Part shown: positions 9,551 to 19,132 of the stretch, one piece after another
How positions within the stretch are numbered: position 1 is the stretch's first letter
Layout of the letters: every line of letters begins with the position of its first letter
Source: Clostridia bacterium
GTDB taxonomy: Bacteria > Bacillota > Clostridia > RUG12999
Assembly (NCBI GenBank): GCA_017396395.1
Contig: JAFQMF010000013.1
Location: forward strand, 41,161-105,160
DNA: 64,000 bases
Reading direction: 5' to 3'
Translations under genes and position numbers: made by a program
Notes under the pieces: model-generated
Database searches by the model: none
Told to the model about the DNA's origin: nothing
What the model saw: only the letters and a program-made list of their open reading frames with translations

Positions 9551-11437
9551 ATGCATTTTAAAAAAATAATTTGCTTAGTTTTCTTTTTTGCACTTATTTT
9601 TATCCTTTGCACAAAAGCAGAAATCCTTCCTATAGATTTATCAATTCAGGGGCAGACTGCCGCACAAGGACAGGTTATTGAAGTTCCTGTTACTATTAGT
9701 GCTAACTCCAATGCAAGTGTAGGCACCTTCAGAATTGAATATGACTGTTCAGTGCTTGAATATATGAGTATGGTGCGTACAGGTTGTGTATCACTTGGTA
9801 ACTCAGGGCTTGACCCCATAATCGGAAACCCTGACCAGTTAGGTTTTTACTTTATTTCAAAAAATCTTGGCACAACTCCCCTTACTGCAGGAGGCAATCT
9901 TTTCTATCTACGATTTGCCGTAAAGGAGGATGCTCCAAACGGCAGTTACCCTATTTCCATTATTATACCACCTGGGTGCGGGCTTCAGGATATGGAAGGA
10001 AACGCCTTTTCACTACGCATTATAAATAGTCAAATTGAAATAGATACTCCCCCCGACGGCAAACATATTATCAAAACAGCCTTCGGCTCTGAAGGCGGAA
10101 GCAGTATTTCATACGGAGGAAGATACGGGCAGGGAGAAACACTATCCCTTTCTGCTACTCCTGCTACAGGCTACAGATTTTCCCATTGGGAATGTGAAAA
10201 TGGACATATTTCAAACCCCTATTCTGCCACCTCCACATATACTGCAGGAAATGAAAATGATACCATTTACGCACATTTTAAGCTTAAAACATTTTCTATT
10301 TCAGCATCTGTGGAAGGAAATCAAGGTGGCAGTATTGTGTGTGACAAAGAACATGCCCAATACAACTCAAGTGTTACTGTTACGCTTTTCCCTGATGAAG
10401 ATTATAAGGTTTCTGCCTTTACCGTAAACGGAAAGGATTACCTTGCTTCCCTTAATAATAACACTATAACATTAAATTCTATTCGCTCAGCTCAGGATAT
10501 TAAGGTAACATACAGCTGGTGCGGTGAAGAAATTATAGATAGTATTATTCCCCTCAGGGCAAGTCAAATTTCCTTTTCAAACCAATTAAAAACTATTGAT
10601 ATAACCGCAGATATAACCACTCCGTCTGTGGGATTTGCCCTTAATCTTCCTAACGATGCATATGTTCAGGAAACGGGCAAAAATATAATTACAGGTATGC
10701 TGGGGGATAAAAAATATTTAGTTGCAAAAAAAACAAAGGGGGAAAATCAATCCTTCCTTTTATATGTGAAAAGTGAAAATACTACTTATACATACACAGT
10801 AAATGTTTCCTTTACCCCAGAGTATTTATCAGAAAATATTATATCAGAAATAATCCCTCTTCGCAGTTACGATGCATCCTTCAATAATGAAACAAGGAGC
10901 ATTTTTGTAAAGGCAAGTCTTTTTGATTCTTCTGCAGGTTTTGCTCTTAACCTTTCAAATGGCAGTTATCAGGTGGAAAAGGGCAAAGGAATAGTGTGTG
11001 GCAAGGAAAACGGTAAGCTTTATCTTGTTGCCAAAAAGTCAAACGGACTTTCCCAGAGTTTTAAAGTATTTATAACAACTGAAAGCGGGTACGAATATAC
11101 CTACCATGCTACAATTGAATTTACTGGGGAAAATTACTCCTGTACAGATGTTATAACAGGAATATCTTTGCTAAGATGCGAAAACGGAAGCTTTTCAAAT
11201 GAAACAAGAACAGTTAACATAACCTCACTTAGCCAAGCTCCTTCTTGCGGTGTGTATATTCAAAGCGAAGGGGAAATTGCTGTTTCCACAGATAAAGGTA
11301 TTATTAAAGGCATAAAAGACGGCAAGCTATATTATGTAGTAAAAAGGGTAAATGGACAACAGCAAAACTTTGATATTTCCATTACTACAAATAAGGGGTA
11401 TAAATACACCTTTAATGTAACAGTGAATTTTTCTTAA
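9551..11437 (+). CDS. secreted cohesin-domain protein with Flg_new-like repeats and three tandem ~100-aa C-terminal repeats
   Basis: signal peptide MHFKKIICLVFFFALIFILCTKA; cohesin-like segment VIEVPVTISANSNASVGTFRIEYDCSVLEY...GSYPISII; GYRFSHWECENG repeat; three repeats beginning IIPLRASQISFSNQ / IIPLRSYDASFNNE / ISLLRCENGSFSNE; RBS AAAGGAGGG. Confidence 0.85.
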   Translation: MHFKKIICLVFFFALIFILCTKAEILPIDLSIQGQTAAQGQVIEVPVTISANSNASVGTFRIEYDCSVLEYMSMVRTGCVSLGNSGLDPIIGNPDQLGFYFISKNLGTTPLTAGGNLFYLRFAVKEDAPNGSYPISIIIPPGCGLQDMEGNAFSLRIINSQIEIDTPPDGKHIIKTAFGSEGGSSISYGGRYGQGETLSLSATPATGYRFSHWECENGHISNPYSATSTYTAGNENDTIYAHFKLKTFSISASVEGNQGGSIVCDKEHAQYNSSVTVTLFPDEDYKVSAFTVNGKDYLASLNNNTITLNSIRSAQDIKVTYSWCGEEIIDSIIPLRASQISFSNQLKTIDITADITTPSVGFALNLPNDAYVQETGKNIITGMLGDKKYLVAKKTKGENQSFLLYVKSENTTYTYTVNVSFTPEYLSENIISEIIPLRSYDASFNNETRSIFVKASLFDSSAGFALNLSNGSYQVEKGKGIVCGKENGKLYLVAKKSNGLSQSFKVFITTESGYEYTYHATIEFTGENYSCTDVITGISLLRCENGSFSNETRTVNITSLSQAPSCGVYIQSEGEIAVSTDKGIIKGIKDGKLYYVVKRVNGQQQNFDISITTNKGYKYTFNVTVNFS

Positions 11438-11451
11438 GAAAGGAATAAAAG

Positions 11452-11988
11452 ATGATAAAACAAAAGTATGATAAAAAGGTATATTTTACGTTAGTTGGAT
11501 TTATTCTTGTAGGAGTGCTTTTATTTGCTACAATTTTTGCCCGAAACTCCATGGAAATAGAAAAAAGTAAAGATGCCTTGGCAGATGCAAAAGGCAATAC
11601 TCCTATGAATGAACAGGCTTACTATGGCAGTGAAGCTGTTAAGCTTTTAGGGCAGGTATATGACAAAGAAGGTAACCTGCTGGATGTTTCTTCATTAAAG
11701 GAAGAAACATCATTTTTCTCAGCTGATGGCAAGGAGATAAACCCTCCAACAGTAAGCCCGTCAGAATATGAAAAAGCCGTAAAAGGCATCTCCTATGAGG
11801 ATTTGAAAAGCCTTATTGGTGGAGAAGGTGAAATAACAGGAGAAGTTGATAAACCTGGAGATGAATTTTATACAGTTTGTTACTATTACTATGGTGATAA
11901 AGCAAACTCCTCTGCATCCTTTATTTTTCAGGGCGACAGGCTTAAATCCAAAACCAATACGGGAATTATCCAAAAGGAAGATAAATAG
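11452..11988 (+). CDS. membrane-anchored hypothetical protein (N-terminal TM, extracytoplasmic domain)
   Basis: TM segment VYFTLVGFILVGVLLFATIF; lies 14 bp downstream of the cohesin gene and is followed by a terminator. Confidence 0.65.
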   Translation: MIKQKYDKKVYFTLVGFILVGVLLFATIFARNSMEIEKSKDALADAKGNTPMNEQAYYGSEAVKLLGQVYDKEGNLLDVSSLKEETSFFSADGKEINPPTVSPSEYEKAVKGISYEDLKSLIGGEGEITGEVDKPGDEFYTVCYYYYGDKANSSASFIFQGDRLKSKTNTGIIQKEDK

Positions 11989-12023
11989 CATATTACTGTA
12001 AAATAAATATGTTCTAAGATAGT

Positions 12024-12060
12024 AAAAACGCAGGACTGATTAATCAGTCCTGCGTTTTTA
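12024..12060. terminator. bidirectional rho-independent terminator
   Basis: ACGCAGGACTGATTAATCAGTCCTGCGT hairpin plus T-run. Confidence 0.8.
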
Positions 12061-12083
12061 TAGTTAAGTCAAATTTTATACGG

Positions 12084-13103
12084 TTATCTGAAAAGTTTCA
12101 TAAATGCCTTTGCCATATTAGGCGCAAAGGATTCTGCACCAGGCCCTAAAATAATAAGACCATTTCTACCATCGTCAAAATAATTTACCTTCTGGTTAAG
12201 TGCCTCTGCAATAGCTCTGAGAGGAAGTAAAGTTCTTCCGTTAATTATCTGTGCAGGCACATCAATGGGAATATTTTCACCGCAAACAGAAATTTCTTTT
12301 GCACCAATTTTTATAATAATGCCCGCTAAATCAGTTTCAATAATAACCTTGTTATTTGCTTCGTCAAATCTCACTACTGCACCAAGGCTTTCAGCAACAA
12401 ATCTTGCAGGAAGAAGTGTTCTTCCGTTTTTTACAACAGGAGCTACATCAAGAGGAGTCTCTACTCCCTTAATAAACGCCTTATTGCTTCCCACATACAT
12501 AATAATATTTTCGCTGTCTTCCGCGTCAGGAAGCACCTCTACAGGACCTTCTGCCGAAGCGGCTCCGCCAATAATAGTGGCATTTGCATCAGCATAACGA
12601 ACACGGCAATCAAAACAACCGGGAACTTCCGATCCGTTTACATAGCAGGTCTGTATAATTGCAGAATCAAGATTGTCATATACCGTTCTCCACACACCCA
12701 CTCGCTGTACAGGGTCAGAGATTGTCCACAAATACTGCCCCGCTGAAAATGCCTGCCCCGACCCAATTGAAATTCCAACCCAGGAATTGTCTTTAAAGTC
12801 AACCCATTCTCTTGTAGCAATGGGTTTTGTAGCAATAGTACTTTCATAACTATCTGCCCATACATAAAGTCTGATAGTAAGTGCACCTACAGAATCCCCA
12901 TAGCTGGGACAGTTCATATCAAAAGCCGAAAATGGTTTATCTATAGACAACTTTTGTGCTATTACAGTGCCTGTTTTTAATTCGTTTGCAGTATGGGTTG
13001 CAGCCGTATCATAAAGATATACAAGTTCACCTGCTGCCATAGTGGCTAATCCGCAACTGAATAAAATTGCAACAATTGTTAAAACAATAAAAAGTTTTTT
13101 CAT
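12084..13103 (-). CDS. copper amine oxidase N-terminal (stalk) domain repeat protein, secreted
   Basis: signal peptide MKKLFIVLTIVAILFSCG; two C-terminal repeats NGRTLLPARFVAESLGAVV / NGRTLLPLRAIAEALNQKV typical of the Cu_amine_oxidN1 domain; start set at internal ATG with GGAGG RBS. Confidence 0.8.
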   Translation of the reverse strand: MKKLFIVLTIVAILFSCGLATMAAGELVYLYDTAATHTANELKTGTVIAQKLSIDKPFSAFDMNCPSYGDSVGALTIRLYVWADSYESTIATKPIATREWVDFKDNSWVGISIGSGQAFSAGQYLWTISDPVQRVGVWRTVYDNLDSAIIQTCYVNGSEVPGCFDCRVRYADANATIIGGAASAEGPVEVLPDAEDSENIIMYVGSNKAFIKGVETPLDVAPVVKNGRTLLPARFVAESLGAVVRFDEANNKVIIETDLAGIIIKIGAKEISVCGENIPIDVPAQIINGRTLLPLRAIAEALNQKVNYFDDGRNGLIILGPGAESFAPNMAKAFMKLFR

Positions 13104-13398
13104 ATAGGAAATACCTCCAGGTGTGTTAATCATTATATATTTTATCATATTTTTATATAATTCACAATACTTTTTCCTTACAAAAAAAAACTAAAATTTT
13201 GTGCAGATTAACTAAAACAATATATCATATAAAAAACAACCAATTTTTTCGGTAATATGACTAATTTTTAACAAAATTTTTAGTTGTTATTCTATACTGG
13301 GATACTTGACGCAAATTACAAAAAGTAGTATAATATAAACTAATTACTATATATTATTTATAATCACAATAATTATAAAATATTTGGAGGTTTTAAAA

Positions 13399-14481
13399 AT
13401 GAAAAGAGTTTATAATTTTTCTGCCGGCCCATCTATGCTTCCCGAAGAAGTACTTAAAAAAGCTGCTGACCAGATGCTTTCTTACGAAGGCTGCGGAATG
13501 TCAGTTATGGAGATGAGTCATCGCTCAAAGGTATTTGAAAGCATTATTTACGGAGCTGAAGAATTACTTCGTGAGCTTATGAACATTCCTGAAGATTATC
13601 ACGTATTTTTCCTTCAGGGCGGAGCTTCAACACAGTTTTCAATGGTTCCCCTTAACCTTATGAATAAAAACAATAAGGCTGATTTCGTTATTACAGGTCA
13701 GTGGTCCAAGAAAGCTTTTTCTGAAGCTTCAAGATACGGTGATACACGCAAGGTAGCTTCCAGTGAGGACTCTGTTTTCTCATATATTCCCAAGCTCGAT
13801 AAATCTATGTTTGATATGGATGCTGACTATGTACATATCACACATAATAACACAATTTACGGTACAAGATACACAACATTACCCGACACAGGTAATGTTC
13901 CCCTTGTTGCTGATATTTCTTCTGATGTTCTTTCACAGAATATTGATGTTTCCAAGTTCGGACTTCTTTATGCAGGTGCACAGAAGAATATCGCCCCTGC
14001 AGGTGTTACTATTGTAATTGTTAAAAAAGACCTTGTAGGTAATGCTATGGAGTCAACTCCTGTAATGCTTAACTACTCAACTCATATTAAAGATCGTTCA
14101 ATGTACAATACTCCTCCTTGCTACTGCATTTACATTATGAAGCTTGTATTGGAATGGCTTAAAAATCTTGGTGGCGTATCTGCTATGCAGACAATTAACG
14201 AGGAAAAAGCCGCAATATTATATGATTTTCTTGACAACAGTGATATGTTTAAGGGTACTGTTGTAAAAGAAGACCGTTCTCTTATGAATGTTCCCTTCAT
14301 TTGCCCCACAGAAGAGCTTAACGCTAAGTTTATCTCAGAGGCTGCTGAAAAAGGGTTTGTTAACCTGAAAGGTCACAGAACTGTGGGCGGTATGAGAGCA
14401 AGTATATACAACGCAATGCCCAGAGAAGGCGTTGTTAAGTTGGTAGAATTTATGAAGGATTTTGAAAGCAAAAATAAATAA
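13399..14481 (+). CDS. serC: phosphoserine aminotransferase
   Basis: YNFSAGPSMLPEEVL N-terminus and class V aminotransferase motifs; GGAGG RBS. Confidence 0.93.
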   Translation: MKRVYNFSAGPSMLPEEVLKKAADQMLSYEGCGMSVMEMSHRSKVFESIIYGAEELLRELMNIPEDYHVFFLQGGASTQFSMVPLNLMNKNNKADFVITGQWSKKAFSEASRYGDTRKVASSEDSVFSYIPKLDKSMFDMDADYVHITHNNTIYGTRYTTLPDTGNVPLVADISSDVLSQNIDVSKFGLLYAGAQKNIAPAGVTIVIVKKDLVGNAMESTPVMLNYSTHIKDRSMYNTPPCYCIYIMKLVLEWLKNLGGVSAMQTINEEKAAILYDFLDNSDMFKGTVVKEDRSLMNVPFICPTEELNAKFISEAAEKGFVNLKGHRTVGGMRASIYNAMPREGVVKLVEFMKDFESKNK

Positions 14482-14506
14482 AATTATAGTTTTAGGATGT
14501 GAAAAA

Positions 14507-15670
14507 ATGATAAAAATTCAGACTCTTAATAAAATTGCAAAATGCGGTCTTGATAATTTTGATGCAAAATACGAAGTATCTGATACTGTTGAAAATCCCG
14601 ATGGTATTATTCTTCGCAGCTTTAAAATGCATGATATGACAGTTGGTGACAACCTTAAGGCTGTTGCCAGAGCAGGTGCTGGTACAAATAATATTCCCGT
14701 TGAGGAATATGCAAAAAAAGGTATTGTTGTGTTTAATACTCCAGGTGCTAATGCAAACGCAGTTAAGGAGCTTGCTCTTGCAGGTCTTTTCCTGGCTTCC
14801 AGAAAAATTACAAATGCAATTGACTGGACAAAAACACTTAAAGGCAACGGTGACGCAGTAGGTTCTATGGTTGAAAAAGGTAAATCTGCTTTTGCCGGCC
14901 CTGAAATCAAGGGTAAAACTCTTGGCGTAATCGGTCTTGGTGCAATTGGTGTTCTTGTTGCAAATGCTGCAGAAGCTCTTGGGATGAAGGTTATTGGTTA
15001 TGATCCCTTCCTTTCTGTAGAAGCAGCTTGGTCTATTGACAGTCGAATTAAAAAATCAGACGACATAAACAAGGTGTTTGCAGTAAGTGATTATGTAACT
15101 CTTCACCTTCCTCTTAATGACAATACAAGAGGTATGGTAAATGCAGACCTTCTTGAAAATGCTAATGATGGCATTAGAATTTTAAACTTTGCACGTGGCG
15201 AGCTTGTTGATGATAGTGCTCTTATTCCCGCTCTTGAAAGTGGCAAGGTTGCCGCTTATGTTACAGACTTCCCTTCAGATGCAGTTATCGGTGTTGAAAA
15301 TGTTGTTGCAATCCCTCATCTTGGAGCATCTACTCCTGAGTCTGAAGACAACTGTGCACAGATGGCAGGAGCACAGCTTGTTGATTACCTTGAAAATGGT
15401 AACATTAAAAACTCTGTAAACTATCCTAACTGCCAGATGCCAAGAACAGGTAACCAAAGAATTACAGTAGCTCACCTTAATCAACAGTCAATGCTTACAA
15501 ACATTTCTTCTATCATTTCAAATCATGGCATTAACATTGAGAATATGCTTAATAAGTCTAAAAAAGACTACGCTTATACAATACTTGATATTACAGGTGA
15601 TATTCCTGATAGTATCGTTGAAGAAATTTCTAAAATTGATGGTGTATTAAAGGTGCGTGTGTTAAAGTAA
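14507..15670 (+). CDS. serA: D-3-phosphoglycerate dehydrogenase with C-terminal ACT domain
   Basis: NAD-binding GLGAIG; 2-hydroxyacid dehydrogenase catalytic region; ACT-like tail. Confidence 0.9.
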   Translation: MIKIQTLNKIAKCGLDNFDAKYEVSDTVENPDGIILRSFKMHDMTVGDNLKAVARAGAGTNNIPVEEYAKKGIVVFNTPGANANAVKELALAGLFLASRKITNAIDWTKTLKGNGDAVGSMVEKGKSAFAGPEIKGKTLGVIGLGAIGVLVANAAEALGMKVIGYDPFLSVEAAWSIDSRIKKSDDINKVFAVSDYVTLHLPLNDNTRGMVNADLLENANDGIRILNFARGELVDDSALIPALESGKVAAYVTDFPSDAVIGVENVVAIPHLGASTPESEDNCAQMAGAQLVDYLENGNIKNSVNYPNCQMPRTGNQRITVAHLNQQSMLTNISSIISNHGINIENMLNKSKKDYAYTILDITGDIPDSIVEEISKIDGVLKVRVLK

Positions 15671-15775
15671 CTTTTAACCCCTTATAAAAATTCCATTTTG
15701 CTATTGATTTTTTATAAAAAATATGATATACTGTTAAAAGCAATTAAACTTATGAGAATTTAGGAGTGATTTAAA

Positions 15776-16204
15776 ATGGTTGATGTTTTAAAAACCGTTG
15801 TTACAATAATTCAGATTGTTGTTTCTGTTGTTCTTATTGCATCTGTTCTTATGCAGTCGGCAAAAAAGGAAGGAATGTCCGGCATTGTTGGCGGTGCTTC
15901 CGAAACCTTCTTTGGTAAAAACAAAGGCAGAACACTTGATGGTGTGTTTGCTGTTATTACAACTGTATCTGCTATTATTTTCCTTATTTCTTCTCTTTTT
16001 CTTTATTACGGAATTACCGCAATAGAAAACAGAATTGAAGGAAATAATGCACCTCAGACTGAAACACAGATTCCTCTTACAATGGATGAAGATGGTAACT
16101 ATATAAACCCTGAAACAGGTGAAATAGTTATATCTGCTGAAGATGTAGCAAACAGCCAGCAGGCTGAAGGTGAAACTGAAAATACAGAAACACCTGCTGA
16201 ATAA
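15776..16204 (+). CDS. secG: preprotein translocase subunit SecG with extended acidic C-terminal tail
   Basis: IVQIVVSVVLIASVLMQSAKKEGMSG...FFGKNKGRTLDGVF SecG signature; ~60 extra acidic residues at the C-terminus. Confidence 0.85.
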   Translation: MVDVLKTVVTIIQIVVSVVLIASVLMQSAKKEGMSGIVGGASETFFGKNKGRTLDGVFAVITTVSAIIFLISSLFLYYGITAIENRIEGNNAPQTETQIPLTMDEDGNYINPETGEIVISAEDVANSQQAEGETENTETPAE

Positions 16205-16220
16205 TTAAATTTCAAACAAC

Positions 16221-16254
16221 AAAAAACACCCTTTTTAAAAAGGGTGTTTTTTTA
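16221..16254. terminator. bidirectional rho-independent terminator
   Basis: ACACCCTTTTTAAAAAGGGTGT hairpin flanked by A and T runs. Confidence 0.8.
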
Positions 16255-16259
16255 TATTT

Positions 16260-17111
16260 TTATCTGATATCTTCTGCAACCGTTTCGGGTGGTAAATCCA
16301 AAAGCCAGGGTTTTTCTATATATTTTTTTATTTGTTTTAACGCCTCTGCATAGTAATGTCCGTCACAAATACGTTCATCACTTACAAAAGAAACTTCTAT
16401 TATTTTTCTCTCAATAACCTTTCCTGTTTCATCTATCATTAGCTTTTTCTTCCTTTTACCCATACCGATAAAAACAGGAATATTACCAAAATTATATAAA
16501 TGGTGATATATAGGTTCAATACCCAGCGATCCCATATTTGTTATAAACATTGAGCCATGAAAAGGACTTAAATTTACTAAAAATCTCGGAAGTAATCCGA
16601 AATAGTCCATAGTTTTCAAAAGCCACACGCATAATTTAAGAAGAACTCCCGGAATATAAGTAAGTATTCTGGCTGCTTTATCCATAGAGTTTCTGTCGCC
16701 CTCTTGTTTGTTTTCTTCAACAAGCTCTGTCACCTTTTTATAGATATCATCCAAAGTATCTGTTGGATTAGCATTAACTTTAATAACAGTTTCCTGTGCT
16801 TCAATAGTCATTTGCTTTTTTATAGCGAGGCACATAACAATACCGTTTCGTGCATATATATGCTGTCCCCTTATATATCTGTTAATACCCGGAAATTTAG
16901 AAATAGTTCTTACATAAGCTGACATAATTATATGCATATGACCAATATTTTTCATTCCGGACAATCTTTTTTCTCTTAAGAATTTTTCAGCCTCCGTAAT
17001 ATCGAAGCTTGTTTTAAAAAGATTAGAAGCTCCGTTACGCTCCGGCATAATAAAAGGTATTATAAAATTCATAGGATCAATTGACCTTATTCTTCTTCCC
17101 TCTTTTTTCAT
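16260..17111 (-). CDS. 2-oxoacid dehydrogenase E2 acyltransferase catalytic-domain-like protein (catalytic His replaced)
   Basis: C-terminal SFVSDERICDGHYYAEALKQIKKYIEKP aligns to the E2 motif SxxxDHRxxDGaxaaxFL with Glu in place of His; no lipoyl or E3-binding domain. Confidence 0.55.
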   Translation of the reverse strand: MKKEGRRIRSIDPMNFIIPFIMPERNGASNLFKTSFDITEAEKFLREKRLSGMKNIGHMHIIMSAYVRTISKFPGINRYIRGQHIYARNGIVMCLAIKKQMTIEAQETVIKVNANPTDTLDDIYKKVTELVEENKQEGDRNSMDKAARILTYIPGVLLKLCVWLLKTMDYFGLLPRFLVNLSPFHGSMFITNMGSLGIEPIYHHLYNFGNIPVFIGMGKRKKKLMIDETGKVIERKIIEVSFVSDERICDGHYYAEALKQIKKYIEKPWLLDLPPETVAEDIR

Positions 17112-17202
17112 ATTGCTACCCCTATTTTTTTACTTTTTTCGCTAATTTTTTCATATAATTATATTATAAAGTAACTACCGTTTTCTGTCAAGAAAATTTT
17201 GC

Positions 17203-17239
17203 AAGAAAAAAATCCCACTCTGTTTGTAGAGTGGGATTT
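17203..17239 (-). terminator. rho-independent terminator of solute-binding protein gene
   Basis: AATCCCACTCTGTTTGTAGAGTGGGATT hairpin with A-run on the plus strand (T-run on minus). Confidence 0.7.
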
Positions 17240-17251
17240 AATACTTAAATA

Positions 17252-18538
17252 TTAGTCTTCAAGTCCGCTTTCAGCTCTGTAATCTTCAAGCTTTCTGTTA
17301 AATTCATCCGCATATGTCTTCATTTTTGTAGCCATTTCGCTGATATATGTAGCAACAGGTTTACCGGATTTCATATTATCATAGAATAACAGGTGAGTAT
17401 GGTTAAATCCGTTAACTCCTCTGCCAAGAGGTTCTTCATCTTCCATAGCCTTTGTAAGAATTTCAAAGTCTTCATCGTTCATATTCTTCTTGTAGTAGTC
17501 AAGAATATAAGCTTTTCTTGATGCACCCATGCAAATACCAAGTTCTACAGCTGCAGCCTTAACATCAGGGTTACTACCTGTAGGTGTCATAAACTGAGCA
17601 TCTGTAAGGTAAAGATGAGGTCCAATCTTTTCAGGTCTTGCACTGGGAAGATAAATGTATCTGATTACATCATCTGTTTCAGTAGTTAAATTACCAACCA
17701 TAAGGTTAGGCATAACTTCTGCCTGCATAGCAACTTCTCTTCTTACTACTTTTGCTTTTGTAGCAAGCATATCATAGTCGTATATAATAGTTCTGTACTT
17801 ATCAAGAATCTGTCTTGTTTCGTTAGAATCAATAGTAATTTCTACTTCTGTGTAATCGTCATTCCAATCTGTAGCATAGTTCATAATCCAGTCAGGACGA
17901 AGGAAATTACCTGTATTAATCTTGAATCCTTTTTCATGAAGAGCTTTACAAATTTCCATGAAAGCATCAAAGTTCCACTTGTTTTCTTTGTAATATTCAT
18001 GAGGAGTCTTAATGCCGTTTTCTTTAAATAAGCTTTCGTTGTATGATAAGTAGTTTGCTTCATTCATAACTCTATTGGATACACCATAGTAATGACCATC
18101 AAAGTAACCACTCTTCATAGCATCTTCGTCTATTCTTTCATCATTAGGGTCATAGTATCCGTCAACAGGTTCGTAAAGACCATCAACTATATCTCCTGGT
18201 AATCTGGAACAAGTAAATACGTACTGTAAATCCCAAACATCGCCTGCTGCAATAGCAGATGCAATTGATTCAGGCTGGTGGTCACCAACAGTAAGGTATT
18301 CAACCTTTGTACCGGGATGATCTACCATAAACTGGTCAGCACCGTCTGCGTACTCATGGTTAAGGGGGTCATTGGAAAAATCTCTGTAAGCGGAAACTCT
18401 GAAAGTATAGCCTTTAATAGCTTCTTCATTAATTTCCTGAATTCCATTACCGCCCTTTTTGCAAGCTCCAAATGTAGCCGCAACCATAATGGCTGCAAGA
18501 GAAACTGCTATTCCCTTTGCTAAAAAGTTCTTTTTCAT
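17252..18538 (-). CDS. extracellular solute-binding lipoprotein (ABC transporter SBP, orphan)
   Basis: lipoprotein-type signal MKKNFLAKGIAVSLAAIMVAATFGAC; size and composition of SBP family 1; no permease or ATPase genes adjacent. Confidence 0.75.
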   Translation of the reverse strand: MKKNFLAKGIAVSLAAIMVAATFGACKKGGNGIQEINEEAIKGYTFRVSAYRDFSNDPLNHEYADGADQFMVDHPGTKVEYLTVGDHQPESIASAIAAGDVWDLQYVFTCSRLPGDIVDGLYEPVDGYYDPNDERIDEDAMKSGYFDGHYYGVSNRVMNEANYLSYNESLFKENGIKTPHEYYKENKWNFDAFMEICKALHEKGFKINTGNFLRPDWIMNYATDWNDDYTEVEITIDSNETRQILDKYRTIIYDYDMLATKAKVVRREVAMQAEVMPNLMVGNLTTETDDVIRYIYLPSARPEKIGPHLYLTDAQFMTPTGSNPDVKAAAVELGICMGASRKAYILDYYKKNMNDEDFEILTKAMEDEEPLGRGVNGFNHTHLLFYDNMKSGKPVATYISEMATKMKTYADEFNRKLEDYRAESGLED

Positions 18539-18781
18539 TTTTCATTTTCCTCCGTTTCGCCTTGTAAGGCATTTTTATTTTGAGTTTACTCATACAGGGA
18601 AAACCCGATTACAAAGGGATTTTATAAGATTTCGGCAGTAAATTTAAGATTATTTCACAACATTTAAAGCTTTAATGAAACATTCCATTCTTATGGTGAA
18701 AAACACCAAAAAAACTGCTAAAAAGCTCACCCCTTCTATTGATAATATTATATAACATTATTTTTCAATTGTCAAGGAGTG

Positions 18782-19132
18782 TTAGAAAATATTTTGAAGA
18801 GTGGGCTTCTCAAGACCTGAAATATGACTAAGAAGTTTCTCTATCCATTTAAGTTCGGCATTTAAGGATGATTTGTTTCCTGATTTCATATATTCCTTTC
18901 CTTTTGTTATGCTTTCATTTACCATATCAAGTTCTGCGTGATTTGTTGAAATTGCAAAATATTTTTCGGTTTTCTCCCACTTTTTTGCAAAGAAATCAAA
19001 ATCCATTTCCGTTTTAACTTCCCATATATCTCTTTTAAGTTCATTACATTTTTTTGTTACATAGCCCATATAAAAGGTTAACACAACCGGTATGCATATA
19101 AGTATGAGCAGTGCGAGATATACCCTTCTCAT
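18782..19132 (-). CDS. DUF4363-like small membrane protein
   Basis: N-terminal TM; 4-bp overlap with the upstream DUF421 gene, the usual DUF421/DUF4363 pairing. Confidence 0.55.
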   Translation of the reverse strand: MRRVYLALLILICIPVVLTFYMGYVTKKCNELKRDIWEVKTEMDFDFFAKKWEKTEKYFAISTNHAELDMVNESITKGKEYMKSGNKSSLNAELKWIEKLLSHISGLEKPTLQNIF

